The notes under the pieces: model-generated | Database searches by the model: none | Seen by the model: only the letters and a program-made list of their open reading frames with translations | Told to the model about the DNA's origin: nothing | Shown: positions 36,407 through 48,610 of the stretch, piece by piece | Numbering within the stretch: position 1 is the first letter of the stretch | Layout: each line of letters starts with the position of its first letter | Source of the DNA: the human T2T-CHM13v2.0 reference genome, Homo sapiens | NCBI RefSeq assembly: GCF_009914755.1 | Contig: NC_060935.1 | Length of the DNA: 64,000 nucleotides | Direction: 5' to 3' (one strand) | Program-made: the position numbers and the translations under genes

Positions 36407-38912
36407 TCTTCTAGTTTTAATGGGGTTGGAGCTGGGTCATGTGGCTGCTACTCCTTTTGCAGTGGGGCCTGTGGGTGGCCAGCCTGTTACCAGGTGGTTT
36501 AGTGGGCATGGATCCTGCTGTTTGGTCTCTGGATGGACTGGACTGTCTCCAGGACTTTGGTCTACAAGGCTAGTTCTGGGATGAAGGTCAGCTTTACAGT
36601 CTGTAGAGAGCAGGCTTGATTACTAGGTTCATAGACAGTTGTGTTTTTCTCTGGGTCCCTGGGACATCTTCCCACTGGGTCACTGGTTGGGTCCTTGGGC
36701 AAACATTACTGCCCTGGTCTATGGTTGAAGAAGGCTGAAACTGAGTTGCAGGGTTGCTTTAGGGCCCACAGCTGGGACTAAGCTCAGCAGTGCTACCTGG
36801 AAGACTCAGGAAGGCACGTCTCCATCTTGTCTCAGTGCTGCTGGCATGACTTACCTCTGACCACCGTTGAGAGGGACTGTAGCCAGTCTCAGAGCCATTT
36901 CAGGGTTTTTTGTGGGACTGAGGTCAGCAACCCTGCTCCGGGGACTTAGAGAGATATATTTCTCTCTGGGACCCTAGTAGATCAGCTGGACTGATCTCAG
37001 ACCACTGCTGAGAGGGACTGAAGCCAAGTCTCTTGGCCATTTCTGATCCACAGGTAGAGCTGAGGTCTGTAGGTTTATCATCCATGGCGCAAGTGGGTGT
37101 GATTTTTTCTGGGTCCCAGGGTGAATGGTTTTGATAGAAGGACAATGATCAAACAGAGCTGTAGCTGAGTCCACAGGAGTATGGAAGCCATTTTTGGGTC
37201 TGGAGCTAGGGCCATGGTAGGAGAGTCTGTCACCTCGGTGTAGTGCTGTCCTATCAAAAGGTTCTCCTAGGCCTTGTGCTCCAATATTTTCTCCACTCCA
37301 TTTTATGTAAATTTATACCATTACCTGATTTATCAATTTATCACAATCTCTTACTTGGCTGTTTAAGCTTCCATAAAGGCACTTTTGCTGTAGAGGGCTC
37401 TCAAATTATTGTTACTGTTGGGAGCTACGTGCATCTGTTCCACCATCTTACCGGTGTTCTCTTGTGTTTTCTGCACGTGTTTTGCCATCTTACTGGTGTT
37501 CTCTTGTGTTTTCTTATTCAATTTTTACATTAGTATTTTAGGTAGAATGCCATTATAGGTGGCATGGATTGGAACTGAGAATTAATATGATGGGTAATAG
37601 TATCAGGATTCAGTATCTCAGTAAGTTCGATTAATGAGCTAAACATGATTAAATTTAATAGGAATAAAAGCAAAATTCACACTTAGGTCCTCAGTCTGCT
37701 ACCCCAGGGCACATCAAATGATCAATTAAATAAACAAACTAGAATTTAGAGGCAGCACTTTGAAAAAGCCTCAGTAACTTCACTCAGGTTCAACAATGTG
37801 ATGTGGTTTATAGGCTATTATAGTTCATCTGACTTTCACAATAAGTACGTGTTAATGGCTATGAACTGATTACATCCACTAAGTGATTTTTTGCTGTTAA
37901 ATTTTCTCTAGTGCATGGCCTGAAAAGAAAAAAAAAAGTGATTGGAGCTGGCAGGTATTTTAGAGATTATTGAGTTTACCCAACTCACTTTACATGAAGA
38001 AGTGAAGTGAAGAAGAAAGAGAGCAGAGCTTACTTGACCAGGTTCGCACAAATAGCTACTCATTGTTCTGGGACAGCCTCTGGGACTCCCGAATTTTAAA
38101 TTTTACTCTCAACATTAGTGATTTTGTATTTTTTATTTATTGAAGGAAGTGTTTTTGGTAATAATTTTAGACATATTTTGTACTATCATCAGTTACTATT
38201 TGTGCATAATGAAACATTTTATGATTGGCAATATGGTCTGTAAAAGTTGATACAGTAATTTAGGTTTCCATTTGTTTTAATGATGGGTAATGTAACAGTT
38301 TACATCTGTTTCCTGCCTCATTTATAAAAGTTTTAAAGGAGAAATAGTCAGTTTTATTAACTTTATTAAGTCTTTAAGGCATTAAATATATTTTTATATT
38401 ATTTTTATTGTTGAAGTATCTTTTATTGGAAATTCTATTGTAATTATGAATATCTCTTGAGAGGAACAGGGAAGAGGAAGCCATGGAGAAAACGGGAGAG
38501 AGGAGACTGTAGAGGATGGTTCATTATTTGTATTCTTGTGGGACAACTGCTTCCTCCCAAGGTTTCCTTTCTTAAAGAAGCCTGTTATTCAATATGAGAT
38601 TTTTCTTTATTTTTATGCATTTTTTTCAATGAAAATTCATAATCATAAATTGTTAAAAATGCAAGTGAGTTTATGATGAAAAACACTAGTTCACTGATTA
38701 CTATTTCCCATCTGAAGAAGAAACCACTTTTACATCTTGTAGTTGTTTCATTGGGTGGTTGCTTGCATATTGCTAAATAATATATTTTTATGTTTTAAAC
38801 TTAATATGTCTAATTGTTGTAAAATGTGACTCATTTACATGGTTCAAAAATGAAAAGCATAAAAATATATATACTGAGATATCTCCTCTAAACACAGAAA
38901 AATCATGAACTC

Positions 38913-39225
38913 TTTTTTTTTCTTTTTTTTTTTTTTTTGAGACGGAGTCTCACTCTGTTGCCCAGGCTGGAGTGCAGTGGCGTGATCTCGGCTCATTGCA
39001 AGCTCTGCCTCTGGGTTCGCACCATTCTCCTGCCTCAGCCTCCCAAGTAGTTGGGACTACAGGCGCCCGCCACCATGCCCGGCTAATTTTTTTATTTTTG
39101 TATTTTTAGTAGAGACGGGGTTTCACTGCATTAGCTGGAATGATCTCGATCTCCTGACCTCGTGATCCGCCAGCCTCGGCCTTCCTAAGTGCTGGGATTA
39201 CAGGCGTGAGCCACCGCACCCGGCC
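38913..39225 (-). mobile_element. AluY
   Basis: Diagnostic gcaagctc, ccattctcc, gggactacaggcgcccgcc, gatctcctgacctcgtgatccg; TSD gaaaaatca(c)tgaactct. Confidence 0.95.
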
Positions 39226-39515
39226 TGAAAAATCACTGAACTCTTATCTCTTCTAGAAAATATTTCATATTAATGTATAAGCAAATACAAAAATATTTTC
39301 TCTACTCCATTTTATGTAAATTTATACTATTACCTGATTTATCAATTTTTGTCCTTATTTGTTGACTTCATGCTATGATAAAAGAAGTGTATATCCCTAT
39401 GTCACCCTACTTCACTAAATTTTCATTTCCCAAAACAGGTCTGTCAGTATTTATGATTCCTCTGTTGGTTAAATTCTTAACTTTAAGCAGTCAACTGATA
39501 CTTTGCTTTTTGTAT

Positions 39516-39921
39516 TGTTTTAGACCATTCTTGCATTGCTATAACTATCTGGCACTGGGTAATGTATAAGGAAAAGAGGTTTAATTGGCTCATGGTTCTG
39601 CAGGCTTTACAGGAAGCACAGTACTGGCATCTGCTTGGCTTCTAGGGAGGCCTCAGGAAGCTTACAATCATGGCAGAAGGCAAAAAGGGTACAGGCATAT
39701 CACATGGGGAAAGTAGGAGCAAGTGACAGAGAGTTGGGGGTGGGGAGGTGCCATACACTTAAATGACCAGATCTTGTGAGAACTCACTATCATGAAGATG
39801 GCACCAAGCCATGAGGGATCTGCTCCATGATCCAAGCATCTTCCACTAGACCCCACCTCCAGCATTGGGGAATATAATTCAACATAAGATTTGGGCAGGG
39901 ACAAATATCCAAACTATATCA
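39516..39921 (-). mobile_element. MaLR solo LTR (MSTA-like)
   Basis: aagaggtttaattggctcatggttctgcaggct...gcctcaggaagcttacaatcatggcagaaggc...acaaatatccaaactatatca. Confidence 0.9.
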
Positions 39922-40599
39922 GTTGTCAACTGTAGATGATGTCTCTTGATTCCTCATTTTGTGAGATGAGGATTAATAGCATCCCTGTACTCCCTTCAGC
40001 TCTCCTTTTTGTCATTCTTCTTCCAATTGTTAACATTTGTTTTTAAAATTTTTATATTATTGATGTCAATAACATCTACATTTTGTTCTTTATCCATAAT
40101 TAAGTTATCAGTGATTATAGTTTAAAAAGTTGAAAACTGTACTTTTTACATTATGATGAACAAGTAAATATTGTTCACTGAGGAGCCAAGTGGTATACGA
40201 TTATTGTATTTCCTTTCCTATGAAGAATTATTACAGTTTCTACTAGTCTTTTTTGCCCTTTCATTGTCTGCCTATGTGACCTTCTGAAGTTTTTTTAGTG
40301 TCTGCACTCTCTGATACCCAAAGAGAGTATCAAATCTTGAAATCCCTTATTAAAGAGGAATCCATGATTCTTCTGCCTGTCTGCTACTCTCTTCTGGGTT
40401 GATTGACCCTGGATCAGCTGCACAGCTGTCACCCTGGGATGACCTTTCATTGATCTTCTTGCCTGAATCCAGTTTTGGCAATATAATGCCTTTTTCTTTC
40501 TGCTTTGCCATCTAGCTTTGAGCAAAATTTCAAGTTATTCCCAAAGGAAGAGTGAATGAAAGGTAAACTTTATGCATTATTAGTCAATACATTTATAAT

Positions 40600-41390
40600 A
40601 ATGTCTATTCTTCCCATAGATATCTGATAGTATCTTTATTCTGTCCTGCTGATTACAGGGTTAACAAGGTGTGACTTCTAGACTGAGAAGAATTTCCACA
40701 TTGTAACTGGAAGGCATTACTCATGATCTTTTAGCCTCTATGATTCTGATGAGAAGTCTGATGCCAATCTGATTTTTCATTTTTTGTAGATGACTATTTT
40801 TCTCTCTGGAAACTCATAGGATCTTCTCATTATCCTTGGTGTTCTAAACGTTTTAATGCAATCTAAGTGTGGACCTTTGAAAATTCATTTTCTTGTTTAT
40901 GTGGTGGCTCTTTTCAATGAGAAGACTTATGCCCTTCATTTTGATACATCTTCTTGTATTAGCCTGAGATCCAGAAACCTGGTAATTTAGCCCACAGTGA
41001 TGGGACAATGGGGAAGAGGAGTCAGCAGTCTGCTCTGTAACTTATTTCTTAGTCCCCACTAATTAGTACCCATTGTTGTCAGCCCCTACTTCATGCTTAG
41101 AGTACCCGGGAGTTCTGCACCTGGAGGCTATCTTGGTTTCTGCAGGGCAGGTCAGCTCCTTCCTAAGCTGTAGGTCCCCCAAAGATGTATTTTCTACAGA
41201 GTTTCTTTACCCTGCTTCTTTAGGCACTATTTTGTACCTGCTTTTGTAGAAATCTTGTAATCTTTGTTTGTCAATGGTTCTTCTTCCATTCTCTGCTTGT
41301 GTGCTTGTATGTTATCTTTATCCTTTTATGATAAAGGTATTGGAGACTTGGTGAGAAAAGAAATAAACTCATGTGCTCTGTCACCCCAAA
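40600..41390 (-). mobile_element. Very old L1ME-like remnants
   Basis: tgatgagaagtctgatgccaatctgattttt and related reverse-strand L1M motifs. Confidence 0.5.
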
Positions 41391-42694
41391 GTTTGAGGGA
41401 CTCAGTTGATCACAAGCTCAATAGGGCTGTCCTATAGCCTTGTCTCAGTAACTGGAGGTAGGGACCTTGTCTTACTTATCTTTTTATATATCCTGGAGCT
41501 TGGCACATAGTCAACACTGAATAAATGCTTTCGTACCTACTGCTGAATTACAGTAGTTATGAAAGTTGAATTGCTGTATTTAGGAATGAATGCTAAACTG
41601 CATCCTACCCCCCGCCACTGGAATACATAAGCATTAAAAGGACATATGAAAAATAATGAGATTTATGGTGGATTTGATACACATCCACCTTACTTTGTAT
41701 TAACAGAATTGTCGGGTTTAGTAATTTCATTTTTTATATCATAGCTGTCTGAGAAGTAGTTCTTCTAAATACATTTCTGTTAATTACCTAGTTATTTTTT
41801 GCAATTAGAAAGCTGCTAGAACTTGACACTCCATTTTAATGTAAGCTAAACTGAATGTTAACTAACTTAAGAGTCTTGTGGTGGCATAAACTAATGTTTA
41901 CAACAGTACTTTTTACACTATAAAGTGCTATGGACATTTGAGTTTTTGTTGATATTATGTAGGAATAGCCAGAATTGTTTTGTAAGCTGTGCTATTTTGA
42001 GCAGAGATTAAGGCACTAATTAGCATGCTATTATTATCTATTCTTGTACTTTAAATGGAGAAGGAGTGATTTTATAATGTGTAGTTGTGAACTGTAGCTA
42101 GCAATAGCAAAGATAGAGCAACTCTGCATAGTTTTTTGATTATTTTCAGATGCAATTGGCTAGCTTTAGGGAATTATAGAGGAGTGAGCCTGCTGTGAAG
42201 ATCTTTGGCCGTATCTCATATATAAATGTAATATAGCCTCAGTGGTAAAAATCTACTGACCCATGTCTGTTTCTGTTTGGCTAGTTCTATTGAAGTAATC
42301 AATCAACTCTGCCTGACTGGATGGGAGTGTGGTGGAGCCTGACCACCGGCAGGGCTGAGGCATTGAGTTATCATTGAACATAAGAATCAAGCTCTTTGTG
42401 CAAGTCAAAACTCCTGGTGGCATTTGTACCTGAGGACCTGTCCTCCTCCCCTTTGTCCACTGTTTTGATTTTTTTTAAAAGTCATTAAACACTGAATCAA
42501 TTTAGCAGAGAAAAGGGAATATAATTCATTTAAATCTCTGTTCAAAACATTATGTTTGCTTCTGGTTTTCATCTGTGTGTTTGTACACTTTGCATTGTTG
42601 TAAACTGTGTAATATGATGTCTAACTTTTCCTACTTAGCATTATTTTATATATGGTTTATAAAACTATGTGCTTAACATAGGCACTGTCTTCTA

Positions 42695-42960
42695 TTTTGT
42701 GGTAAGGACATTTAACATGAGCTCTACCCTCAACAACTTCTTTCAGTATACAATCACAGTACTATTAAGTGTAGGTATGACTTTGTATAGCAGATCTCTG
42801 GATCTTAATCATCTTGCAAAATAAACTTCATGTGTACTTTCTTTTAACATTGGTAAGGCATTCACTGATATGACATAACGTACTTAACCTTTCACTGTTA
42901 TAAATTGGCTTGTTTCTAATTGTTTATTATCATAAACAGCATGATATAGGCATCTTGATA
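42695..42960 (-). mobile_element. L1MA/MB 3' end fragment
   Basis: ggtaaggacatttaacatgagctctaccctc...gtatagcagatctctgga. Confidence 0.65.
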
Positions 42961-45900
42961 CAAACGATTATTTTGCTTTGGGATTATTTTCCTGGAATTA
43001 AACCCAAAGTGACATTATCAGGTCTAATGTTGCATACCTCTTGTTTATGCAGTCATTTTGGACTTCAGAATGACAGGGCAGTGCAGTTGTTTTATTCTGC
43101 ATTTCATCATTAAGGAGGCTAGGCATTTTCTCCTGTAATGATTTATCATTTGTCTTTACTGATGGAATGGGAGAGCCCCTAGTTTGCTACTTTTAGCTGA
43201 ATCTGATAATTGCATGGAAAAAGTTGGAATGCAGGATAACAATGTCATCCAAGGGACCCCGTCCCTTTTCTGGCCTGCTCATCATACAGTGGTTTTCTAG
43301 GGAGATTTCTCCAGCTAAAATGCAGACATTACTGGTAAGGGTAACAGAAGTCAAGTTTTGAGCAGCAAACCTTGTGGTAAGGATTACTTTATCAGCTCAA
43401 TTTCCAATGCGAACAGCTGGCTAAGAGCAGTGCCTCCCAACAACAGGACACAGGACTGGTAGGGCAGTGGGCATGGGAAGCTTGGGTAGGATAGAATAAT
43501 GAGGGAGTGGGCACAAGGATGCACTAGGCAGGGTTCACTCCCTTTCCTGGGCTTCCTCCTGTTTATGAGAAAGTTAATCAGGAAAGAAGGATACTTACTG
43601 CATGAGGGAGTGGGTGTTACTGAACACTGTCTGGGTCAGAGACATGATTATTTTGAGAAAATAACGACTCAGAATTAAAAGGCTACTTTATTTCCACCAA
43701 AGTCAAACATAAAAACTAGTGATAATTAAAATGAAGGAGCATAAATTTATTACATAGTATATTAATTCACCGCAAGAATAGATTTATAGGTGTTGTCATG
43801 TCTTTTGTTTTTAGGGGGTGAATTTTCAAAAGAGAGGTTAATGAGACCACATAAAATGGTCGTATGAAAAATGTTTTTGCCTTCTTTGGTAAAACTGCTC
43901 TGGGGACAGTGTTCATTATTTTCAATTTTCCTTTTATAAAGATCCAAATGATAGGGTCATGAGTTCAAGGCCAGGAACAAGTTGATTTTTTTCCTGAATA
44001 GTATGATTTAATTTATTAGATAATAAGATACACGTTACCATATGTAGCCCCCTCCTCTCTTTCTTGCTTTCTCTCTGTGTGGCTGGAAGGTAAATGAATG
44101 CATCAGAGGGACTTAAGACCTAAAGAAATTATTTAGGGCTGCTGCTTCCTGGAATATCTCTCATAAGAACTGTAATTAAATAAAGTAATAAGTTATCCCC
44201 ATGAAAGATTATTTTCAAGTCCAAAGCAGTATATTCTGGTGGCAGCTAATTGATGATTCTGTTTCAAAGAGTATAGTTTTGTGAATATTTTGTTCTCTTC
44301 TTATGAAAGCCTAAAAAGTGATTCTTTTCCCACGAAGACACTTTTGCTTCGATCCTTTCCAGTGGTTTGCCAGGAGGTGGGTTGGCCTGCCTAACCTTAG
44401 CCTGCATGTCCGAGGGAAGGAAGTACCAGTTCAGGAGCTCAGCAGAGGGCAGAGCTGGGGTTAGATTTCATCCTCAGGTCCTGGAGTTACTAAATGCTAG
44501 GGTTGAAAAGGACTCAGTGAGGAACTTGAGGCCCAGAAAGGGAAAGTGCTCATACATATGCACATAATTTTTAGTGGCCAACAAGAACTTTTGCCATTTG
44601 ATTCTACATTCAGGCACTTTTTTGGTGCCATGTGGTGTTTTCATCATAAAAGAGGTTGAAATTGCAGAGTAATTTCTACTGAACTGTGGTCAGTTCACCA
44701 AGGCACATGCCTGTAGGACTGGAGACTCACATGAGGTAGTGTCTGATTGAGAGTCCTGGAGGCAGTTAGACTTCTTTAAGGATGGATGGCAGAGAGATGG
44801 GGATTCCTGCTTAGTTAATCTGACTTTTATATTCTCTTATTATTGATTTGATAGAATAAATATTTAAACTTTATGTTCTACTAATAAATTATGGTGTATC
44901 CTAGTTAGGAAAAAAGGAAAAAAAAATCCTAGGTGTAAGCGTAGTCCCTGATCTCTAATTCTCCAAATAATTGCCCCACCCTCACCTAGCCCCAGGTTAT
45001 GGTCCCATCTATCCTGCTTGTGTTCACTGCCATTTAAAATACAAACATTTACTACTTTCCAAACAACTCTCGACACTAAGATGCTTTCCTTTTCTCCCAG
45101 TTTCAGTTACCACTTTTTAGTCAAAAACTCAAAACGATTATCTACCCTATTCTTACCATAAATTCCGAATGTCTTTCATACACACACGATTTAATCGTGT
45201 GTGCCCAGATCTCTTTTTTACTTTCTCATCCAGAACATTACTTTCAGGGGAATTTCTCCATCAGTTAAAATGGTTTTTTGAACTTTTGGATTCTGCCAAA
45301 TAAAGTAACGTGTTTTAAAAACAAAGCTAAAGAGTTTCCTCTATACTTCAAAGACACATGACCATCATAGTTTCATTCTTGATGGACTGAGCCAAAAATA
45401 AAAACAAAAACAAGACCCCTCCCCCTCTTTATTTCAGATGCTAATTAAACTACAGATTAGGTCCCACACACCTACCTCCTTCAGAGGGTATATTTACAGT
45501 AAACCATCATTTGGTATGAACTACCATTCCATTCAAAATGGGGGAAGGAATTTAAAATAGTGTGATGAATTTTATAGGCCTCCCTCTGATATTGTATGTA
45601 ATACTGATTATGTATGTTGTGGTAGTAATTTTTTCAGAAAAGATTTCTCAAAAGACCTTCACTCCTCTAAGTGGAAAATGTATTGCTAAAAATAAAACTT
45701 AAGGTCTCTTCATTTTGTAGCTGTGTCAATGGCTCATCTTGGTAATTTATATTCCATATTGTTCAAAGGGAATAAAAGTGCCACTGAAACATATCAGTAA
45801 AGTTAAAAGATGGTTCATGTTTTCTGGAATATTTATAATATCCCTACATTATGAATTTCTAGAGAATCTTGAAAAAAACTATTTAAAATATTTTATTTCT

Positions 45901-46579
45901 TTTTTTGTTTTTTAGCTCTCTGGGTCCTCATTTTCAAATTATGGGGCCTTCGAGTCTGTCTGCATTTCATGTTTTGCAGAGATTTTTTTTAAATAAAAAA
46001 ATAGAGAAAAGTGGATGATGCCAATAACCCTAATTAAGAGGAAACCAGGTCCCACATGGATATTGTCTGATTCATTATAAATTACAGCTTTAGAATTTAG
46101 AAAATTGTGTAATAAATCATGATGTCATTTCCAGGTAATCACATTCGAGCCATGTTTCCCCTGAGACAGTGTGCCTGTTACAACAGCTGTGTCATCCCTA
46201 GGGCTGCAGGAGAGGTTTGGGCAATTCATAATTGTAGAATGAAGTGTATGTTGATTGTATACTTCTTACCTTTGTCATTGCTCACTGTGAGAAGTAAAGT
46301 TTACTTACATTAAAACATCAGCTTATGAATAAACAAAGTTTGTTTAAATTAAAACACCATTAGTCACCATGGCAGTTGATTGTCCTGGTACACTTTCTAT
46401 TATAAAATAAATTCAAATTAGTGAAGACTCAGATAAATAACAGGCATTGTTACACAGACGAAAGAGTGTGCATCCTGGAGGTAGACCTGGCCTGATATTC
46501 TGCCACTGATTAATTAGCTATGACCTCATATATTTTACTTTACTTTTTAAACTTAATATCACTATCCGAATGTTGGTTT

Positions 46580-46790
46580 ACTTATTCATTCGGCAAGTAT
46601 TCTTTGAGTCTGTCTTATAACCAGCCATTAACTAGGTGCTGGAGATAACATGATGAGTAAAAAGGAAGTAGTCCTTGATCTCATAGAGCTTATGGTTTAG
46701 CGAGAGAGCCAGGTGTGGAACAGAGAATCACACAAATGATACAATGACAGTTGTGATAAGTGCTGTGAACAGAAAGAATACAGAGCTATC
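46580..46790 (-). mobile_element. L2 3' end
   Basis: ttattcattcggcaagtattctttgag...ctaggtgctggagata...ctcatagagcttatggtttag. Confidence 0.75.
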
Positions 46791-47227
46791 TAGTAAAATT
46801 GGGGTAAGATTGCCTCTTTTTCAAGATTCTGACACATAAAAAGCACAGTGAATAGTAGTAGTGATTGTTGGAAGTATTATTAGTATTATTATTATGTCAT
46901 CCTAAACCAAAACATGATCAGGTGAGGACAGGAAGTACGGATAACGAGATGCAGGCTGTATAATGAGATAATTAAATATGGTGAATTCAGGTTGAAGAGA
47001 TATAATACATGACTACGTGAATTAAAATATAGCCTCCTAAGGTACAGATGGCATCTTCTGGGGGTCAGAATGGCTGTTATATTGATGGATCTTTGGGTGT
47101 TCTGTGGTTAATGCCCTGTTCCTGGAAGGCTGATGGGTCAGGATTGCTGTAGGAAGGTTGCATTCTAGTGGTTACTTTTTAAAAAATGCTTTTAAGCTCT
47201 TTGGCATTTGGAGGCAACCTATAGAAT

Positions 47228-47269
<42 letters not shown>

Positions 47270-47339
47270 AAAAAAAATATATATATATACACATACACGT
47301 ATGTATGTGTACGTGTATATGTATATGTGTATGTATATA
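47228..47339. repeat. (TA)n/(TATG)n compound microsatellite
   Basis: Long AT dinucleotide run, A-run, then tatg/tgta repeats. Confidence 0.95.
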
Positions 47340-47819
47340 GCCATGTCTTTCTCTACAGGATATAGGCACTTTGGTTATAATTATATGAAAGAAGGAATGT
47401 TTCCATGTCTTCAATGTAAATTTGAAATGCGTGCTGCCCCAAATCCCAAAATAGAAATTCTCTGAAGAGTTCACCTAGAGGTGAGAGAATCCGTGAGCCC
47501 TCTAGTCAGTTTTCAGAACAGCCATTTTCTATGTGTGACCTGCACTTTTTGGTATAGCAGGGTGATGAGGGGAAGCAGTGTCCCAGGTGTTCTCCTAGGT
47601 CTGGAGCGATCACCACTTTGTGATAGTATGTCCCCCACACAGATACTGTGAACAGCAAGCATGTAGACTGTGGGCTTTTGAATAGCCAGGTTTCCTGGAG
47701 CATAGAAGTTATTATTGAAATGCTTGCCCTAGTTCAAGGAATTACTGGATGTAAGAGAACTGAGTTCTCCACTCAAATGATGTGGAATTGTGGGTGTAGA
47801 ACTCAATCAAGTTTCTCTT

Positions 47820-48020
47820 ACTAATAATGGTCATGGTTTATTGGGCATTTAGCTAAGTGATTTTCATCTAGAATCTCATGTAATTCTTGAGACAAGGCTG
47901 TGAAGTAGGTACAACAGTGCTCATTTTCTAGATGGAGACAATAGAAGGTTATCTAGTAAATAGCACAGCAAAGTCTGGAACTTGGGTGTGTCTGGTTGTG
48001 AAGCTGGCTCTTTCAACTGG
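47820..48020 (-). mobile_element. MIR
   Basis: ctgtgaagtaggt...ctcattttctagatggagac. Confidence 0.55.
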
Positions 48021-48134
48021 ACACTCTGTTGTCCCTGTTTGTTCTCTTAGTGTGAAAGCTGCACTGATACCTACTGACTTGTCTCATTTGCCATTGTAGG
48101 CCGAAGGCTGGTGTGGTGCCTAACCTTGTGTTAG

Positions 48135-48610
48135 GTGTCTTAGTGCCCTGAGTTTGCAGGTGACAGAAATAGAACTCAGACTGGCATAAACATAACTCAG
48201 ACTTTATTGGCTCATTTAGATAAAAAAAAAACTCCAGTGGTGAGGTGCAGTATTTTAGACATGGCGGGATACAGGTGGATAGATGATGTCATCAGGACAG
48301 TCTTTCTTTCCATCTTTTGGCTGTGCTTCCCTCCACGTTGGCTTCATTCCCAGGCAGCTTCTCTCCGTGGAGAGGCAATTAGAGCAACCCGCAATTCTAG
48401 ACTACTCAGCCCAGAAATAAGAGGTTATCTCCTTCTAACTGTTCTAACAAAAGCCCTAGGGGTGACTCTGGTTAGTTCGGTTTAGGCCAGATTCCCATTT
48501 CTGAAACAATTAGTAAGCTGGGGAGATGATGCCCCTAACCCCTGAAGTTGGAGGGTGGAAGAGTCAACCTCACCTTAATCTCATGGGCTGAAAATGGGGG
48601 AGCAGTTGTT
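48135..48610. mobile_element. Old MaLR LTR (MLT1-like)
   Basis: ttgcaggtgacagaaatagaactcagactggc...ctgtgcttccctccacgttggcttcattcccaggcag. Confidence 0.5.

Larger units (their letters stand above)
30170..37472 (-). mobile_element. Near-full-length ancient L1 (L1MA8/9-like), antisense to NCAM1, inactive
   Basis: L1MA-type 3' end at ~30190 (aaggtgttaactatgatgttttgatatacat...gattactatagtcaagcaaattaacatat); continuous ORF2 remnants (endonuclease-region ORF 33451..33732 MLGH...EIISSIFSNHDGMKPEI); ORF1-like ~34900-36150; GC-richer 5' region ~36420-37470; many stops and frameshifts. Confidence 0.88.

Noticed and set aside
47158-47474. YI-repeat ORFs
   Set aside because: Translations of the (TA)n microsatellite
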